Source: a bacterium (lineage in GTDB: Bacteria; Babelota; Babeliae; Babelales; JABCYS01). Taken from it: 14,164 nucleotides of DNA. Of this stretch, positions 1 through 7,503 are shown piece after piece. Numbering within the stretch: the first letter of the stretch is position 1; the number at the start of each line of letters is the position of its first letter. Made by a program: the position numbers and the translations under genes. The notes below the pieces were generated by a model. It worked only from the letters and a program-made list of their open reading frames with translations, was not told where the DNA came from and did not search any database. The stretch lies in contig DAIDHG010000021.1 of the NCBI GenBank assembly GCA_027452085.1, positions 1 through 14,164 of the forward strand, read 5' to 3'.

Positions 1-1158
1 ACCCTTGAGGTGCATGAGTATAGATTGCTCAGCAAATGTCTCTACCCGTTGCCTGAAAAGTTCCATGGCATTGCCGATGTTGAGGTGAAGTATCGCCAGC
101 GATATTTAGATCTTATTTCTTCGGTCGAAAGCCGTGAGCGATTCCGCAAACGAGCAAAAATTATTCAGACCATTCGATCATTTTTGGATGAGCGCGATTT
201 TCTTGAGGTTGAAACACCGATACTGCACCCAATTCCTGGTGGTGCAGCAGCTCGCCCATTTATTACTCACCATAATGCTTTGCATATGGATTTATATCTG
301 CGTGTAGCGGCTGAGCTCTATATTAAACGCCTTATTCTTGGCAGCTTTGATCGTGTATACGAAATTGGCCGCGTGTTTCGCAATGAAGGAATTTCAACAC
401 GGCACAATCCTGAATTTACCATGATCGACATTAATATTGCCTATATTGATTATCGCCAAAGTATGGAGATGATTGAGCAGTTGATTAGGAAAATTGCTTT
501 CAATACCAATGGCAGCCAACAGATTCCGTTTGGTGAATATATTATCGATTTTGAAAAACCATTTGTGCGCATTTCTCCAAAGGATGCGCTTATTAAATAT
601 GGTGGTGTACAAGAAAGTGAGCTTACCCAAAACAACATTGATAACCTTATTCAAAAACATGAAATCAAAGTTGATCCATCTGCTTCATTGGCCGTAAAAA
701 TCTTTGCTCTCTTTGAAGAGCTTGCCGAGCCACATCTTATCCAACCAACCTATATTGTTGGCTTCCCGGTTGAGCTTTCTCCGTTATCAAAACGAGATCC
801 GCAAGATCCAACCGTTGCAGCGCGCTATGAGCTCTATATTGCGGGCATGGAAATTGCCAATGGCTTTAACGAACTCAACGATCCATTTGATCAAGCGGAT
901 CGCTTTAAAGAGCAGGCTCGTGCGCATGCCGGCGGCGATGATGAAGCGATGCATTATGATGCCGATTACGTACATGCCCTTGAATATGCACTGCCACCAA
1001 ACGTTGGCTGTGGTATCGGTATCGATCGTCTCTCTATGCTGATGACCAATACAACCTCAATCAAAGATGTGATCCTTTTCCCGACGCTCAAAATAAAGCA
1101 CGAAGAGAAACATGAACGCGTTGAGAATGAGCCAGTGGTGCATGTTGAGGTTTCTTGA
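1..1158 (+). CDS. lysS: Lysyl-tRNA synthetase, class II (5'-truncated by window edge)
   Basis: Frame is open from base 1 (TLEVHEY...). Contains LPEKFHG, YRQRYLDL, FLEVETP, GGAAARPF, motif 2 FRNEGISTRHNPEF and motif 3 GCGIGIDRL. The anticodon-binding N-terminus lies upstream of the window. Confidence 0.98.
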   Translation, partial: TLEVHEYRLLSKCLYPLPEKFHGIADVEVKYRQRYLDLISSVESRERFRKRAKIIQTIRSFLDERDFLEVETPILHPIPGGAAARPFITHHNALHMDLYLRVAAELYIKRLILGSFDRVYEIGRVFRNEGISTRHNPEFTMIDINIAYIDYRQSMEMIEQLIRKIAFNTNGSQQIPFGEYIIDFEKPFVRISPKDALIKYGGVQESELTQNNIDNLIQKHEIKVDPSASLAVKIFALFEELAEPHLIQPTYIVGFPVELSPLSKRDPQDPTVAARYELYIAGMEIANGFNELNDPFDQADRFKEQARAHAGGDDEAMHYDADYVHALEYALPPNVGCGIGIDRLSMLMTNTTSIKDVILFPTLKIKHEEKHERVENEPVVHVEVS

Positions 1159-2897
1159 TGCAGGTAAGCACGCCACATAAACTCATTCGCGGTGCAAAAT
1201 ACACGTGGCGATTGCCAGAGATTGATGAGCATGCAGCATTGCTCACCGCGGCGCAATATAATGTGTGTGCGCCCATCATGCATACCTTATTTGCTCGTGG
1301 GCTTACGACGCGGGAAATGATTGATTCATTTTTATTTACGTCGCTTGAAAAAGATGTCGCCCATCCTTCACTGCTCAAAGATGCCGATAAGGCAATCGAT
1401 CGTTTGCTGTATGCCATTGAGCATAAAGAAAAAATTCTTATCTTTGGTGACTATGACGTTGATGGGATCACGTCGAGCGCCTTGATGATGCAATGCTTGT
1501 TGCCGCTTGGTGCCAACATCAATTTCTTTTTGCCCAATCGGGTAATTGATGGCTACGGCCTTTCAGAAAAAATTGTGCAGCGAGCCGCTGAATCTGGTTA
1601 TAAGCTTATTATTACCGTTGATAACGGTACTACGGCATTTGGTCCAGTAAAAAAGGCCAATCAGCTTGGTGTTGATATTATTATTACTGATCACCACCAA
1701 CCGCAAAGCGAACTTCCTTCGGCTTTTGCCATTATTAACCCCCATCAGCCAGGCTGCCAATATCCATTTAAATATTTTGCTGGTGTCGGCGTTACCTTCA
1801 AATTTGTATCATTGCTCTATGAGCGCAAAGGATTGCCGTTGCCATCAAAAGCCTATGAGCTATTGCTCTTAGGCACGGTAGCCGATGTGGTGCCTTTGCT
1901 TGGAGAAAATCGTTTTTGGGTGCGTCATGGGCTGAATTTGATCAATGCTCATCAATCTTTGGCATTTCGTGCGTTGAAAAATAATAGCAAACTCACGAGC
2001 AGTAAAATTTCTTCTCTTGATATCGGTTTTTCGATCACGCCGCAAATCAATGCCCTGGGCAGATTGGAAGATCCGCGGCAGGGAGTGAAATTTTTGATTG
2101 GCTCTGATGAACAAGAGGTCAATCATGTTGGTAGCATTTTGCTTGAGCTTAATGAGCGACGAAAAGATATTGAGCGCGGGGTGCTTGCCGGCATCGTGGC
2201 CGAAATAGAATCGGGTAAGATAAATATTGCGCAAGAACGTGTAATTATTGCCGCCAGTACTCATTGGCCGCCCGGCGTGATTGGGCTGGTAGCTTCTCGC
2301 TTGGTTGGTATGTATGGTCGTCCAGCGATATTACTGCATATTGGTTCTGATGGTATTGCCAAGGGCTCATGTCGTTCGATTCATGAATTTAGTATTTTGG
2401 CTGGCTTGCATCATTGCGCACATCTATTAGATAAATTTGGTGGGCATGCTCATGCAGCAGGTCTTTCATTAAAGGTTGACCGTATACCAGAATTGAAAGC
2501 ACAATTAGAAGCATACGCAGCTCAAACATTGGTGCCAGAAGATTTGGTACAAAAACTTGCACTCGATGCACGCATACCATTGACGGAAGTAAATCAAAAG
2601 TTGATGAGTGATTTGGAATATCTGCAGCCCTTTGGTGCGCAAAATCCGCAACCGAATTTCTATGTTTCTCAGGTAAGTTTGGTGAGCGGGCCACAGCTGC
2701 TGAAAGATGCGCATGTAAAATGTTCTGTCTTTGCAGATGGGGTGATAAAACCATTAATTTTCTTTAATCGACCAGAATTGGCCGAAACATTGTATAATCG
2801 TGGTTCTGAGCCGTTTGATGTTGCCGTACAGGTGACTGAAAATAGCTGGAATGGTAGAACAAATATTGAACTGTTGGGATTGGATATTGCACTATGA
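1158..2897 (+). CDS. recJ: Single-stranded-DNA-specific exonuclease RecJ (DHH family)
   Basis: Motifs GDYDVDG, DGYG, ITVDNG, TDHH, GTVADV, NALGR, GSCRS, GGHAHAAG, LQPFG. Start placed at ATG 1158 (TGATG overlap with the lysS stop, GAGGT at 1147-1151) rather than TTG 1155. Confidence 0.96.
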   Translation: MQVSTPHKLIRGAKYTWRLPEIDEHAALLTAAQYNVCAPIMHTLFARGLTTREMIDSFLFTSLEKDVAHPSLLKDADKAIDRLLYAIEHKEKILIFGDYDVDGITSSALMMQCLLPLGANINFFLPNRVIDGYGLSEKIVQRAAESGYKLIITVDNGTTAFGPVKKANQLGVDIIITDHHQPQSELPSAFAIINPHQPGCQYPFKYFAGVGVTFKFVSLLYERKGLPLPSKAYELLLLGTVADVVPLLGENRFWVRHGLNLINAHQSLAFRALKNNSKLTSSKISSLDIGFSITPQINALGRLEDPRQGVKFLIGSDEQEVNHVGSILLELNERRKDIERGVLAGIVAEIESGKINIAQERVIIAASTHWPPGVIGLVASRLVGMYGRPAILLHIGSDGIAKGSCRSIHEFSILAGLHHCAHLLDKFGGHAHAAGLSLKVDRIPELKAQLEAYAAQTLVPEDLVQKLALDARIPLTEVNQKLMSDLEYLQPFGAQNPQPNFYVSQVSLVSGPQLLKDAHVKCSVFADGVIKPLIFFNRPELAETLYNRGSEPFDVAVQVTENSWNGRTNIELLGLDIAL

Positions 2898-3583
2898 TTA
2901 TTACTATTGATGGCCCGACGGCCAGTGGCAAATCAACGGTGGCGCGTATGATTGCGCAAAAATTAGGGTGGTATTACTTAGGCTCGGGGTATTTGTATCG
3001 TTCGATCACCTATTTGTTAATGAACAAGTTTCATTATACCGAAGATGCGCTCAAAGCCCCTAAGCTTGATGATGTATGCGCGGTGACAGATCCGCATAGG
3101 TTTCATTATAGCTATGTAGGCAATGATCCAGTGATTACCTATGATGGTGAGGATATTACACCATATCTTAAAAACAAAGAGATGGATTTGCTCACTTCGG
3201 TGGTGGCTACTAATCCGATGGTGCGCGAAAAGTTATTAGAATTGCAACGCCATATCGGTTCCAAATACAACGTGGTGGTAGAGGGGCGTGATATTGGTTC
3301 CGTGGTCTTTCCAAAGGCCGATATCAAGTTTTTTATTACGGCAGCATTGGAGGAGCGCGCACGCCGTTGGCAAGAATATATGGCAGAGCATCAATATATG
3401 CACTATTCACTCAATGAAGCAGCAAATGCCATTACTGAGCGTGATGATCGCGATTCTCATCGCGCTCACTCGCCATTAATTGCCACGGCTGATTCAGTCA
3501 TAATCGATAATAGTGGGCTAGACAAAGAGCAAACCCTTAACAAAATGTTAGAAATAATTAGAGAAAAACTTTCACTTTGTTAA
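2894..3583 (+). CDS. cmk: Cytidylate kinase
   Basis: P-loop ITIDGPTASGKST, VVEGRDIGSVVFP, ERDDRDSHRAHSPL, IDNS. ATGA overlap with the recJ stop. Confidence 0.95.
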   Translation: MIITIDGPTASGKSTVARMIAQKLGWYYLGSGYLYRSITYLLMNKFHYTEDALKAPKLDDVCAVTDPHRFHYSYVGNDPVITYDGEDITPYLKNKEMDLLTSVVATNPMVREKLLELQRHIGSKYNVVVEGRDIGSVVFPKADIKFFITAALEERARRWQEYMAEHQYMHYSLNEAANAITERDDRDSHRAHSPLIATADSVIIDNSGLDKEQTLNKMLEIIREKLSLC

Positions 3584-3640
3584 ACTGCTCTTCGTTAAAC
3601 AAATTTATTACACATCAAAGCCTTAGTTGAAAGGATCAAT

Positions 3641-4147
3641 ATGCATAATAAACAAAAACTTATGCTCCTGGCATTTGTGGTTACTGTGTTACCTGCATGC
3701 GGGAGAAAACGTGTTTCCTGCCAAAGTCGTGAATGCGAGCCACGAGCAGCGGTTGTCCATGAACCAGCACCGGCACGACATGTAATAAAAGAACCTATTT
3801 CAAAAGAAGATTTCCTTTTCGATGAAGATGAGCTGCAAGGGAAAGAGTTTAATGCCCATGTGTTTAATGATATGACCAATGATGTACAAAAGGTGGTCAT
3901 GGCTGATGCAGCGTTGCCAATCGATAAAGAAGGTTTTGATTGTGCGCAAGAAGAATGCGTTGTACGCCATCACACCACTCAATATGAGCGTAATATGCGC
4001 CATGAAGTTGAGGAAATTGCAAGCGAATGCGCAACTTCACACCACAAGCATCCGGGTCATGAAACACAACGCGAGCGAGCTCTTGAAGATGAAATCCAAG
4101 AGCATCCATGTGATATGGAAGAAGTATTAGAAGAAGTTTGTTCGTAA
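3641..4147 (+). CDS. Putative lipoprotein, acidic and His/Cys-rich, unknown function
   Basis: AAGGA RBS upstream. Basic N-terminus, hydrophobic stretch and lipobox-like VLPA-C, then a Glu/His/Cys-rich low-complexity body. Confidence 0.75.
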   Translation: MHNKQKLMLLAFVVTVLPACGRKRVSCQSRECEPRAAVVHEPAPARHVIKEPISKEDFLFDEDELQGKEFNAHVFNDMTNDVQKVVMADAALPIDKEGFDCAQEECVVRHHTTQYERNMRHEVEEIASECATSHHKHPGHETQRERALEDEIQEHPCDMEEVLEEVCS

Positions 4148-4154
4148 GAGTAAG

Positions 4155-4183
4155 TTGCCTCACCCCAACAAACGTGCTATAAA
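4155..4183 (+). promoter_or_regulatory. Sigma70-type promoter for the second lipoprotein gene
   Basis: TTGCCT (4155-4160), 17 bp spacer, TATAAA (4178-4183), with extended -10 TG at 4175-4176. Confidence 0.6.
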
Positions 4184-4229
4184 AGCATCACTGTATATGT
4201 TTAACTCTTATCTAGGAAAGAGGTTTTCA

Positions 4230-4448
4230 ATGATGTCAAAATTGTTTGCAGCATTGTGCGGTGTCGGATTGCTCGCAACATTGGCTGGTTGCGGCCGTGG
4301 TGAAAAGGCAAAGGTTGAGCCTGCACAAGAAGTAGAATGCGGCCAAGTTGTACGCGAAGAAGAACAAACACAAGGTGAGCAGACTGAAGCGGTGGATCAT
4401 GAAAATGAAATGCCATCTGCTGAAGAGCCAAAAACTCCTGGCTATTAA
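4230..4448 (+). CDS. Small acidic lipoprotein (72 aa), unknown function
   Basis: Start revised from TTG 4155 to ATG 4230 (GAGGT at 4220-4224). MMSKLFAALCGVGLLATLAG-C has a canonical lipobox, followed by an E/Q-rich, probably disordered tail. Confidence 0.8.
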   Translation: MMSKLFAALCGVGLLATLAGCGRGEKAKVEPAQEVECGQVVREEEQTQGEQTEAVDHENEMPSAEEPKTPGY

Positions 4449-4464
4449 TTAAAAGCCACACAAC

Positions 4465-4504
4465 AAAAACTCCCGCGAGCTCATTGGCCCGCGGGAGTTT
4501 TTTT
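4465..4504. terminator. Bidirectional intrinsic terminator between convergent lipoprotein gene and lon
   Basis: AAAAACTCCCGCG (4465-4477) and CGCGGGAGTTTTT (4490-4502) form a perfect 13-bp inverted repeat with A- and T-tracts on the flanks. Confidence 0.9.
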
Positions 4505-7019
4505 ATTTTCTCTTTTTCTTAATCGGTTTGGCTTGTATCTTTTTGCCAACCTTTTTTTGTTGAGTGCCACGTTTTTTCTTGTGATCTGATTCTTTCTCAC
4601 GTGGAAGGCGCGGGTCACCTTTAAGTGCAACCTTGAGTACATCATCCATTGTTTCAACAAAGACGATGTTTAGATCGGTTGGGATTTCTTTTAAAATCTC
4701 TTGAATGTCATCGAAATTTTCTTTTGGCACCAATACCGTCTTAATGCCATGCCGACGAGCAGCCAACAGCTTTTCTTTTAATCCACCAATGGCCATAGCA
4801 CGGCCGCGGAGGGTAATTTCACCGGTCATGGCCACTTCATTCACCACGGGAATCTTGGTGAGCGATGAAACCAAAGCTGTACACATGGCGATACCGGCTG
4901 ATGGACCATCTTTTGGGGTAGCGCCATCAGGCAAGTGAATATGAATATCTTTTGATGAGTAGAATGATGGCCCTAAATGGAACTCTTTAGCCCGCGCACG
5001 AATATAGCTCAAGGCAGCATGTGCAGACTCTTCCATCACATCGCCCAACTGCCCAGTAAGCGTGATATTACCTTTGCCAGGCACCGTGGTTGCCTCAATT
5101 TCAAGCACGTCACCACCTAAATCTGTCCATGCCAACCCGGTCACCACACCTACTTTATTTGATTGTGCATCCAGGGATGTGCGCTTAAATTTAGGTGAGC
5201 CAAGCCACTCTTTGAGTAATTCTTCAGTAACCGTAACCTTTTTGCGCTCAGAATCTTCAAGCAATAATTGGATGCATTTGCGCATAAGCTTGGCAACTAC
5301 GCGCTCAAGTTGACGTACGCCAGCCTCTTTTGTGTATTCACCGATAATCTTTTTCAAGAGCTCATCAGACAATATAAAGGCTTCGGACTTTAATGCATGT
5401 TCGGTGAGATTTTTTGGGATTAGGAATTTTTTGGCAATCGTAAGTTTTTCTTCTTCGGTATAACCAGCAAGCTGAATCATTTCCATACGATCTAATAGGG
5501 GATATGGAATGCCCTCAATCAAATTTGCCGTAGCAATGAACATGACTTTTGATAAATCATATTCGATATCCAAAAAGTGATCTACAAACGTTTTGTTTTG
5601 TTCTGGATCGAGCACCTCAAGCAAAGCTGCTGCTGGATCTCCATGCGTATCGCTGGTCATCTTATCAATCTCATCAAGGAGGATGACCGGGTTTTGAGTT
5701 TTTGCTTTGCGCATGGCGTGAATTAACTTGCCAGGCAATGATCCAATATAGGTACGCCGGTGACCGCGAATTTCGGCTTCGTCACGCACGCCGCCGAGCG
5801 AAATACGCACAAATTCACGCCCTAAGCTGGTGGCAATTGATTTTCCAAGCGATGTTTTACCCACCCCTGGTGGACCGACGAGGCAGATAATATTTGAGGT
5901 TTGGCCTCGCTCATCGTTTGATTGGCGCAAGGCCTGAAATTTTTGTGTGGCTAAGAATTCAATAATACGCTCTTTAGCCTTATTAAGGCCGGCATGGTTT
6001 TTATCAAGCATGCCTTCCGCTTGAGCAAGGCTAATGGTATCCGGGCTGAGCGTGCCCCATGGCAACGAAATGATCCATTCAATATAATGACGACACACGA
6101 CTGCTTCGGCCGAGAGTGGTGACATGGTCTCGAGTCGTTTGAGCTCTTTTTCTACCTTTTCGGTTGCTTCAGCAGAAAGCTTGAGCTCTTTAACTTTATC
6201 CCGCAATTGCTGCACTTCAGGATTAGTATCTTCGCCAAGTTCTTTCTTAATGGCTTTGAGCTGCTCATTGAGATAAAACTCGCGCTGATTTTTCTCCATT
6301 TGTGTTTGCACTTGGCCATCAATGCGATGTTGCGTTTGCAAGATATCAATATCGCGCTTGATGCTTGAGCATATTTTAGCGATGCGCGAATTGAGGTCAG
6401 TAATTTCAAGCAGGTGTTGCCGTTCATTGAAATTAAGATCTAAGAGCGTTGCAATAGCATCAGTAAGATAATCAACGTCATGAATGGTTTTTGCAAATGA
6501 AAGTAAATGCGTTGGCGCCTTTGCATTGAGCTTGCTATAGGTGCCATATAATAAGGTGAGCTGGCGCCAGAGCGGTTCTGTTTCTGTAAGTTTATCCAAG
6601 CCGGTGGTTGGCACATCTTCGCAATATACTTGTAAAAAGCTAGCGGCTTGCGCACCAAATAGTTGCTCTGGCGAGAGCCAATCTGCACGCACAACACGAG
6701 CTCGGCAAATTCCTTCTACTACCACACGCAAAGTGTTGTCTGCTTGGTAGACAATCTCATGCACGATAGATCGCGTGCCCACGGCATAGATGTCTTCGAT
6801 TGTTGGATGCTCGGTTGATTCTTTGATCTGAGCGGAAACAAAAATTGCTCGGTTATGCTTGAGTGCATATTCCACTGCCTGCATGGAAGAGGCGCGCGTC
6901 ACGATAATTTGTCGTGCGCTCTTTGGCAATAATACGACGCTCTTAAGCGGCAGTAGTGGTAAATTGTGACCAGTTTCCGTCGGCGTGATTGGTGGCTGTT
7001 CTGTTGCTTGATGTATCAT
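4503..7019 (-). CDS. lon: ATP-dependent protease La (LonA)
   Basis: N-domain LPLLPL, QMEKNQREFYLNEQLKAI, Walker A GPPGVGKTS, IRGHRRTYIG, Walker B ILLDEIDK, catalytic Ser PKDGPSAG and Lys GGLKEK. Start revised to ATG 7019 (AGGA 9 nt upstream). The track start 7130 lies immediately against the predicted -10. Confidence 0.97.
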   Translation of the reverse strand: MIHQATEQPPITPTETGHNLPLLPLKSVVLLPKSARQIIVTRASSMQAVEYALKHNRAIFVSAQIKESTEHPTIEDIYAVGTRSIVHEIVYQADNTLRVVVEGICRARVVRADWLSPEQLFGAQAASFLQVYCEDVPTTGLDKLTETEPLWRQLTLLYGTYSKLNAKAPTHLLSFAKTIHDVDYLTDAIATLLDLNFNERQHLLEITDLNSRIAKICSSIKRDIDILQTQHRIDGQVQTQMEKNQREFYLNEQLKAIKKELGEDTNPEVQQLRDKVKELKLSAEATEKVEKELKRLETMSPLSAEAVVCRHYIEWIISLPWGTLSPDTISLAQAEGMLDKNHAGLNKAKERIIEFLATQKFQALRQSNDERGQTSNIICLVGPPGVGKTSLGKSIATSLGREFVRISLGGVRDEAEIRGHRRTYIGSLPGKLIHAMRKAKTQNPVILLDEIDKMTSDTHGDPAAALLEVLDPEQNKTFVDHFLDIEYDLSKVMFIATANLIEGIPYPLLDRMEMIQLAGYTEEEKLTIAKKFLIPKNLTEHALKSEAFILSDELLKKIIGEYTKEAGVRQLERVVAKLMRKCIQLLLEDSERKKVTVTEELLKEWLGSPKFKRTSLDAQSNKVGVVTGLAWTDLGGDVLEIEATTVPGKGNITLTGQLGDVMEESAHAALSYIRARAKEFHLGPSFYSSKDIHIHLPDGATPKDGPSAGIAMCTALVSSLTKIPVVNEVAMTGEITLRGRAMAIGGLKEKLLAARRHGIKTVLVPKENFDDIQEILKEIPTDLNIVFVETMDDVLKVALKGDPRLPREKESDHKKKRGTQQKKVGKKIQAKPIKKKRK

Positions 7020-7130
7020 GGTGTACATTCCTGGAGTATATAATGTAACGACGTTGCGTCGTTCAAGTTGCACTACGCTCATCTTCGGATGCCTGAGCAT
7101 CCAGTTGCTTTTTTTCTTTGGAGTGGCCAT

Positions 7131-7160
7131 AGAATAGCATTAAGCCGCCTTTTTGGCTAA
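7131..7160 (-). promoter_or_regulatory. Candidate extended -10 promoter of lon
   Basis: Minus strand reads TTAGCCA...TG-C-TATTCT (-10 at 7136-7131, -35-like TAGCCA 17 bp upstream). Confidence 0.45.
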
Positions 7161-7270
7161 GACTACATAGTCTTTCCCACAGCCCGCAATGGTTTGCATA
7201 ACCGTATCTCACCCATAATTTCTATATGTCATAATACAAGGATGCGTATTGATGCATGATCCAACCATCT

Positions 7271-7299
7271 TTTACAAATTGGCCTCGTTTTGGTAATGT
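7271..7299 (+). promoter_or_regulatory. Sigma70-type promoter for the leader ORF / NTT transcript
   Basis: TTTACA (7271-7276), 17 bp spacer, TAATGT (7294-7299), with extended -10 TG at 7291-7292. Confidence 0.55.
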
Positions 7300-7344
7300 A
7301 TGAGGCATCCAGCACTATTAACCAAGTAGACTTTTGAGGACTCT

Positions 7345-7473
7345 ATGAGCACGTGTGCTCTTTTATTAGATAGATGTACTCCGATTTTTTATCTCAAAGC
7401 TGGTAACGTATTGCCAAAAAAAGCCCTTTGCTTGAAAGCGAAGGGCTTTTTTTGGCGCAAATTTTGCCTTTGA
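7345..7473 (+). CDS. Putative 42-aa leader peptide overlapping a terminator
   Basis: GAGGA at 7336-7340, ATG 7345, MSTCALLLDRCTPIFYLKAGNVLPKKALCLKAKGFFWRKFCL, TGA 7471-7473 (translated by hand, below the ORF-track cutoff). Confidence 0.5.
   Translation: MSTCALLLDRCTPIFYLKAGNVLPKKALCLKAKGFFWRKFCL
7413..7456 (+). terminator. Strong terminator-like hairpin in the NTT 5' region (candidate attenuator)
   Basis: GCCAAAAAAAGCCCTT (7413-7428) and AAGGGCTTTTTTTGGC (7441-7456) form a perfect 16-bp inverted repeat with further inner pairs and a T7 tract at 7447-7453. No convergent gene ends here. Confidence 0.8.
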
Positions 7474-7503
7474 TCATCGGTAGCAGCGACGGGGAGCCCG
7501 CAT

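Noticed and set aside
4155..4229. Track start of the second lipoprotein at TTG 4155
   Set aside because: It coincides with the -35 box. ATG 4230 has the RBS and gives a proper signal peptide.
394..6750. Numerous 60-130 aa alternative-frame and antisense ORFs inside lysS, recJ, cmk, the lipoprotein genes and lon
   Set aside because: They overlap well-supported genes and show no recognisable motifs.
7020..7130. 37-aa N-terminal extension of Lon (MATPKKKSNW..., superficially like the start of ribosomal protein L32)
   Set aside because: No RBS, the ATG abuts the predicted -10, the region is hairpin-rich like a UTR, and similarity to L32 does not extend past a few residues.
7163..7216. 17-codon minus-strand ORF MGEIRLCKPLRAVGKTM
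   Set aside because: No convincing RBS and a length expected by chance.
7020..7503. tRNA, known riboswitch or CIRCE element in the lon-NTT intergenic region
   Set aside because: No cloverleaf or T-loop, no purine-riboswitch core that I can recognise, and no CIRCE consensus. An Rfam scan would be the decisive test.
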